A DNA stretch of 64,000 nt. It comes from Trypethelium eluteriae (Eukaryota). The notes beneath the pieces were generated by a model that saw only the letters and a list, made by a program, of their open reading frames with translations, searched no databases and was not told the origin of the DNA. The DNA is taken from NCBI GenBank assembly GCA_051942245.1, contig JAVECL010000012.1, forward strand, positions 1 to 64,000, read 5' to 3'. Of the stretch, positions 61,717 through 64,000 are shown in pieces. The number at the start of each line of letters is the position of its first letter. The stretch's first letter is position 1. The position numbers and the translations under genes were made by a program.

Positions 61717-64000
61717 ATGTCATCTCTTCCTGCTAACCGTCCAGTTTTGAAGGGGTGTATCCTCATGTCAGTTTTCGGACTATTTACCAACCCCATTATA
61801 TCCATCGAACCCCCGCATGTGAACCTTAGCAAACCAATTGCCGGGAAAGAAAACCAGACCTACATCAACTCTCTCAGCAATATAAAAGCCTCTGGGGTAA
61901 CTCAAAGTGGTCAAATAGATACTAACATTACACATGATCTCCGTCCAACCTATTCGGTGTATCAGACTCAATTTACCGAAAGTAGTACGAAAATCCACCA
62001 ATTAGCAGCGACAAAGTCCCTTCGAAATCACACGCAAGATACTGGATATCCTGGTATACTAACAGGTTCTACGACAAACAAGGCCGGACGCCTGATCAAG
62101 ACCGGGGAGGATCCTCAAAATCTTGGTTCAATGACTTCAGCTGTCTTTGATCCAATTGGCATCCCTCCGAATGGCAAAGGCGTGTCTTCGGACCCGAGCG
62201 CATCCACTACACAGCTAATTCCGGAGTCAATCTTCAGTTCTACAAATGCGTCGCAGCACTATAACTCTTCTGGCACATCAAGCTCGGTGCTATCGGCTAG
62301 CATAACTGAAAGCCTTCGAGACATCAGCGATGCATACTATTCTGTAACCAGCGCTGCCAGAAACCCGTCCTCTGTTGCACCCTTCAACAAGTCGCAAGTC
62401 TTTGTTACATCCACGATGACTACACAACCCCCCGGTATCTCTACGGCAGTCATCACCAGTCCTGGACTTTCGAAGAATACATGGATCACAACAACAGATG
62501 GAAATGGGCACTCCACCGTAGTCCCCATACTTGCCGATTGCCACCACTGTGGCCCCACAGGGCGTGGTATTGTCATTTGGAGTTTGCCTCCTCTCCCTGA
62601 AGTCGAGTTCAATTTTCCAAAGTCTCCTAAAATCAGATTACCGAAATTCCATTTGCCGTGTATCAAGCTTCTTGGGATCCATGTCTCCGGAAGTTGTGAG
62701 ACTCCACCACAGAAGGACGAGCCCAGTGACGAAGATTCGCCTAGCAAAACTACTTTACCAGGCAAAACTGCTTTACCACCCACCACTGAGCCTACTTTAG
62801 CAACTAGACCGGCTCAGGCTGTGACCAGCACGGGGTCTCATGCTCAAACTTGTACACAGACCACAGCGACAAATTGCGAAATGCAACTCATTTATGAAGT
62901 CAATAGCGATGGATCTACCACATCTAGCTCGAGATTAGAGGCGTGTTCACCTACTGCTACTTGCTCTGCTCGAGTCGTATCTGAGACAACCTCCACAACG
63001 ACTTCTGAGGCGGTTTGCTGGACACACCACACGGACAGTTTCTTATATAGCTTCATGACTGAAGATGGGGAAGACGAAGGCAATGCTGATGGCGAAGACG
63101 CTGAAGATAGTGCGACCGGTAATGGCGGTGAGACTCCTGAAAAGCGATTTATGCACGCCCGAGCCTATCAAATGGAGAAGAGAATGGGAAAAGGCCATAG
63201 GAAGGGGAAAAGGGGAGGATCGCGTTTCACAAGGACAGCTTTTGGATCGGGAGCGCAAATCTGCCAACTTACCACGCAACTACCGCCTGCAGGCCCACAA
63301 TCCGCATCTGTCACTATTGGCAATCAACCTATAGTCACTGATCTTGAGAAGTTCAATGGACCTGTATATTGGTATGTTCCATCAATGGCGAGCGCTGGGC
63401 AAGGCCAATGTGAGACTGCAACCGTCAGACATTACCCAGACGCCGCGGCTCTTACGGCTCACCCTGTGATTCCCGGCCACCCGAGCTATCATCTTGGCGA
63501 AGATAATACAAATCCAAAGCGGCCATTCGTAAACGTTGATCACGTTTACGAGGTCAAATACCTAGGCGATTTCTTCGATTTGATGGTCGACTCAAATTCA
63601 TTTACTTGCGCACAATTCAATGCTTTCTTCATGGCCACTGATTCGTTGAATCAAAGAGGCGACAAGTCTTTCGCCCGCCTTCAAACCTTGTGGGATCAAA
63701 TTCCTTCTGTTCGGGACCCAAAATTCGCAGGAACGGATTCTGTATTGAATATGTTTAAGGGCAAGGGTTTGGGGGCTCATGAGTGGAAGACGGAGTTCGG
63801 AACCGACGATGAAGCACTCCAGTATTTGAATTTGGTGGCTGCTGCCGTTGACATGACCAACATTCCGGCTATAGCAGCACAGCACCAGCTGAGCAATCAG
63901 GCGGTATATAATGCATTTCTAGGCATCGATACCCTTCTCGCAAATCCGCAGGGTTGCCCTCCTGCACCTCCGCAACCTCCACATGGGTTGAACTGGGCTG
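61717..64000 (+). CDS. Large secreted multidomain protein, partial (runs off the window): signal peptide, Ser/Thr-rich region, Cys/Pro module, Kex2 sites, HNH-like domain
   Basis: Manual translation: frame open from 61645 to the window end with no stop, so it is missing from the ORF track; MSSLPANRPVLKGCILMSVFGLFTNPIIS; sequons NLS, NQT, NIT, NHT, NAS, NSS, NKS; EKR, EKR, GKR; NVDHVYE..LNMFKG. Confidence 0.88.
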   Translation, partial: MSSLPANRPVLKGCILMSVFGLFTNPIISIEPPHVNLSKPIAGKENQTYINSLSNIKASGVTQSGQIDTNITHDLRPTYSVYQTQFTESSTKIHQLAATKSLRNHTQDTGYPGILTGSTTNKAGRLIKTGEDPQNLGSMTSAVFDPIGIPPNGKGVSSDPSASTTQLIPESIFSSTNASQHYNSSGTSSSVLSASITESLRDISDAYYSVTSAARNPSSVAPFNKSQVFVTSTMTTQPPGISTAVITSPGLSKNTWITTTDGNGHSTVVPILADCHHCGPTGRGIVIWSLPPLPEVEFNFPKSPKIRLPKFHLPCIKLLGIHVSGSCETPPQKDEPSDEDSPSKTTLPGKTALPPTTEPTLATRPAQAVTSTGSHAQTCTQTTATNCEMQLIYEVNSDGSTTSSSRLEACSPTATCSARVVSETTSTTTSEAVCWTHHTDSFLYSFMTEDGEDEGNADGEDAEDSATGNGGETPEKRFMHARAYQMEKRMGKGHRKGKRGGSRFTRTAFGSGAQICQLTTQLPPAGPQSASVTIGNQPIVTDLEKFNGPVYWYVPSMASAGQGQCETATVRHYPDAAALTAHPVIPGHPSYHLGEDNTNPKRPFVNVDHVYEVKYLGDFFDLMVDSNSFTCAQFNAFFMATDSLNQRGDKSFARLQTLWDQIPSVRDPKFAGTDSVLNMFKGKGLGAHEWKTEFGTDDEALQYLNLVAAAVDMTNIPAIAAQHQLSNQAVYNAFLGIDTLLANPQGCPPAPPQPPHGLNWA

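Overview
Gene-dense, intron-containing nuclear DNA of a filamentous ascomycete (Pezizomycotina; short GT-AG introns with CTRAC/CTAAC-type branch points). Positions 1-54 kb are mostly conserved housekeeping genes: NMD3, PEX12, EGT1, NADP-mannitol dehydrogenase, peroxisomal Lon, a Gfo/Idh/MocA oxidoreductase, a RluA-family pseudouridine synthase, a thioesterase, POP4, PDX3, NBP35, a ModF-like soluble ABC ATPase, PAN6, DBP7, ASA1, a Zn2Cys6 factor, a GNPAT-like acyltransferase, a DAL5-like MFS permease and UBA1, with a few orphans between them. Positions 54-64 kb look accessory: an Rds1/ferritin-like secreted protein, an F-box-like gene, and a >760-codon ORF running off the right edge that is absent from the supplied ORF track. 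That ORF has a signal peptide, a Ser/Thr-rich region, a Cys/Pro module, Kex2-type KR sites and an HNH-like motif, resembling a processed secreted nuclease toxin. A second theme is hidden targeting information: an AUG-less in-frame NLS extension of UBA1 behind a CUG in good context, a CUG-started mitochondrial-like extension of the pseudouridine synthase, dual starts in PDX3 and PAN6, and several PTS1 signals. I found no tRNA, rRNA, CRISPR array or intact transposon by eye. Exon boundaries were inferred manually and all family calls are from recognition, not database searches.
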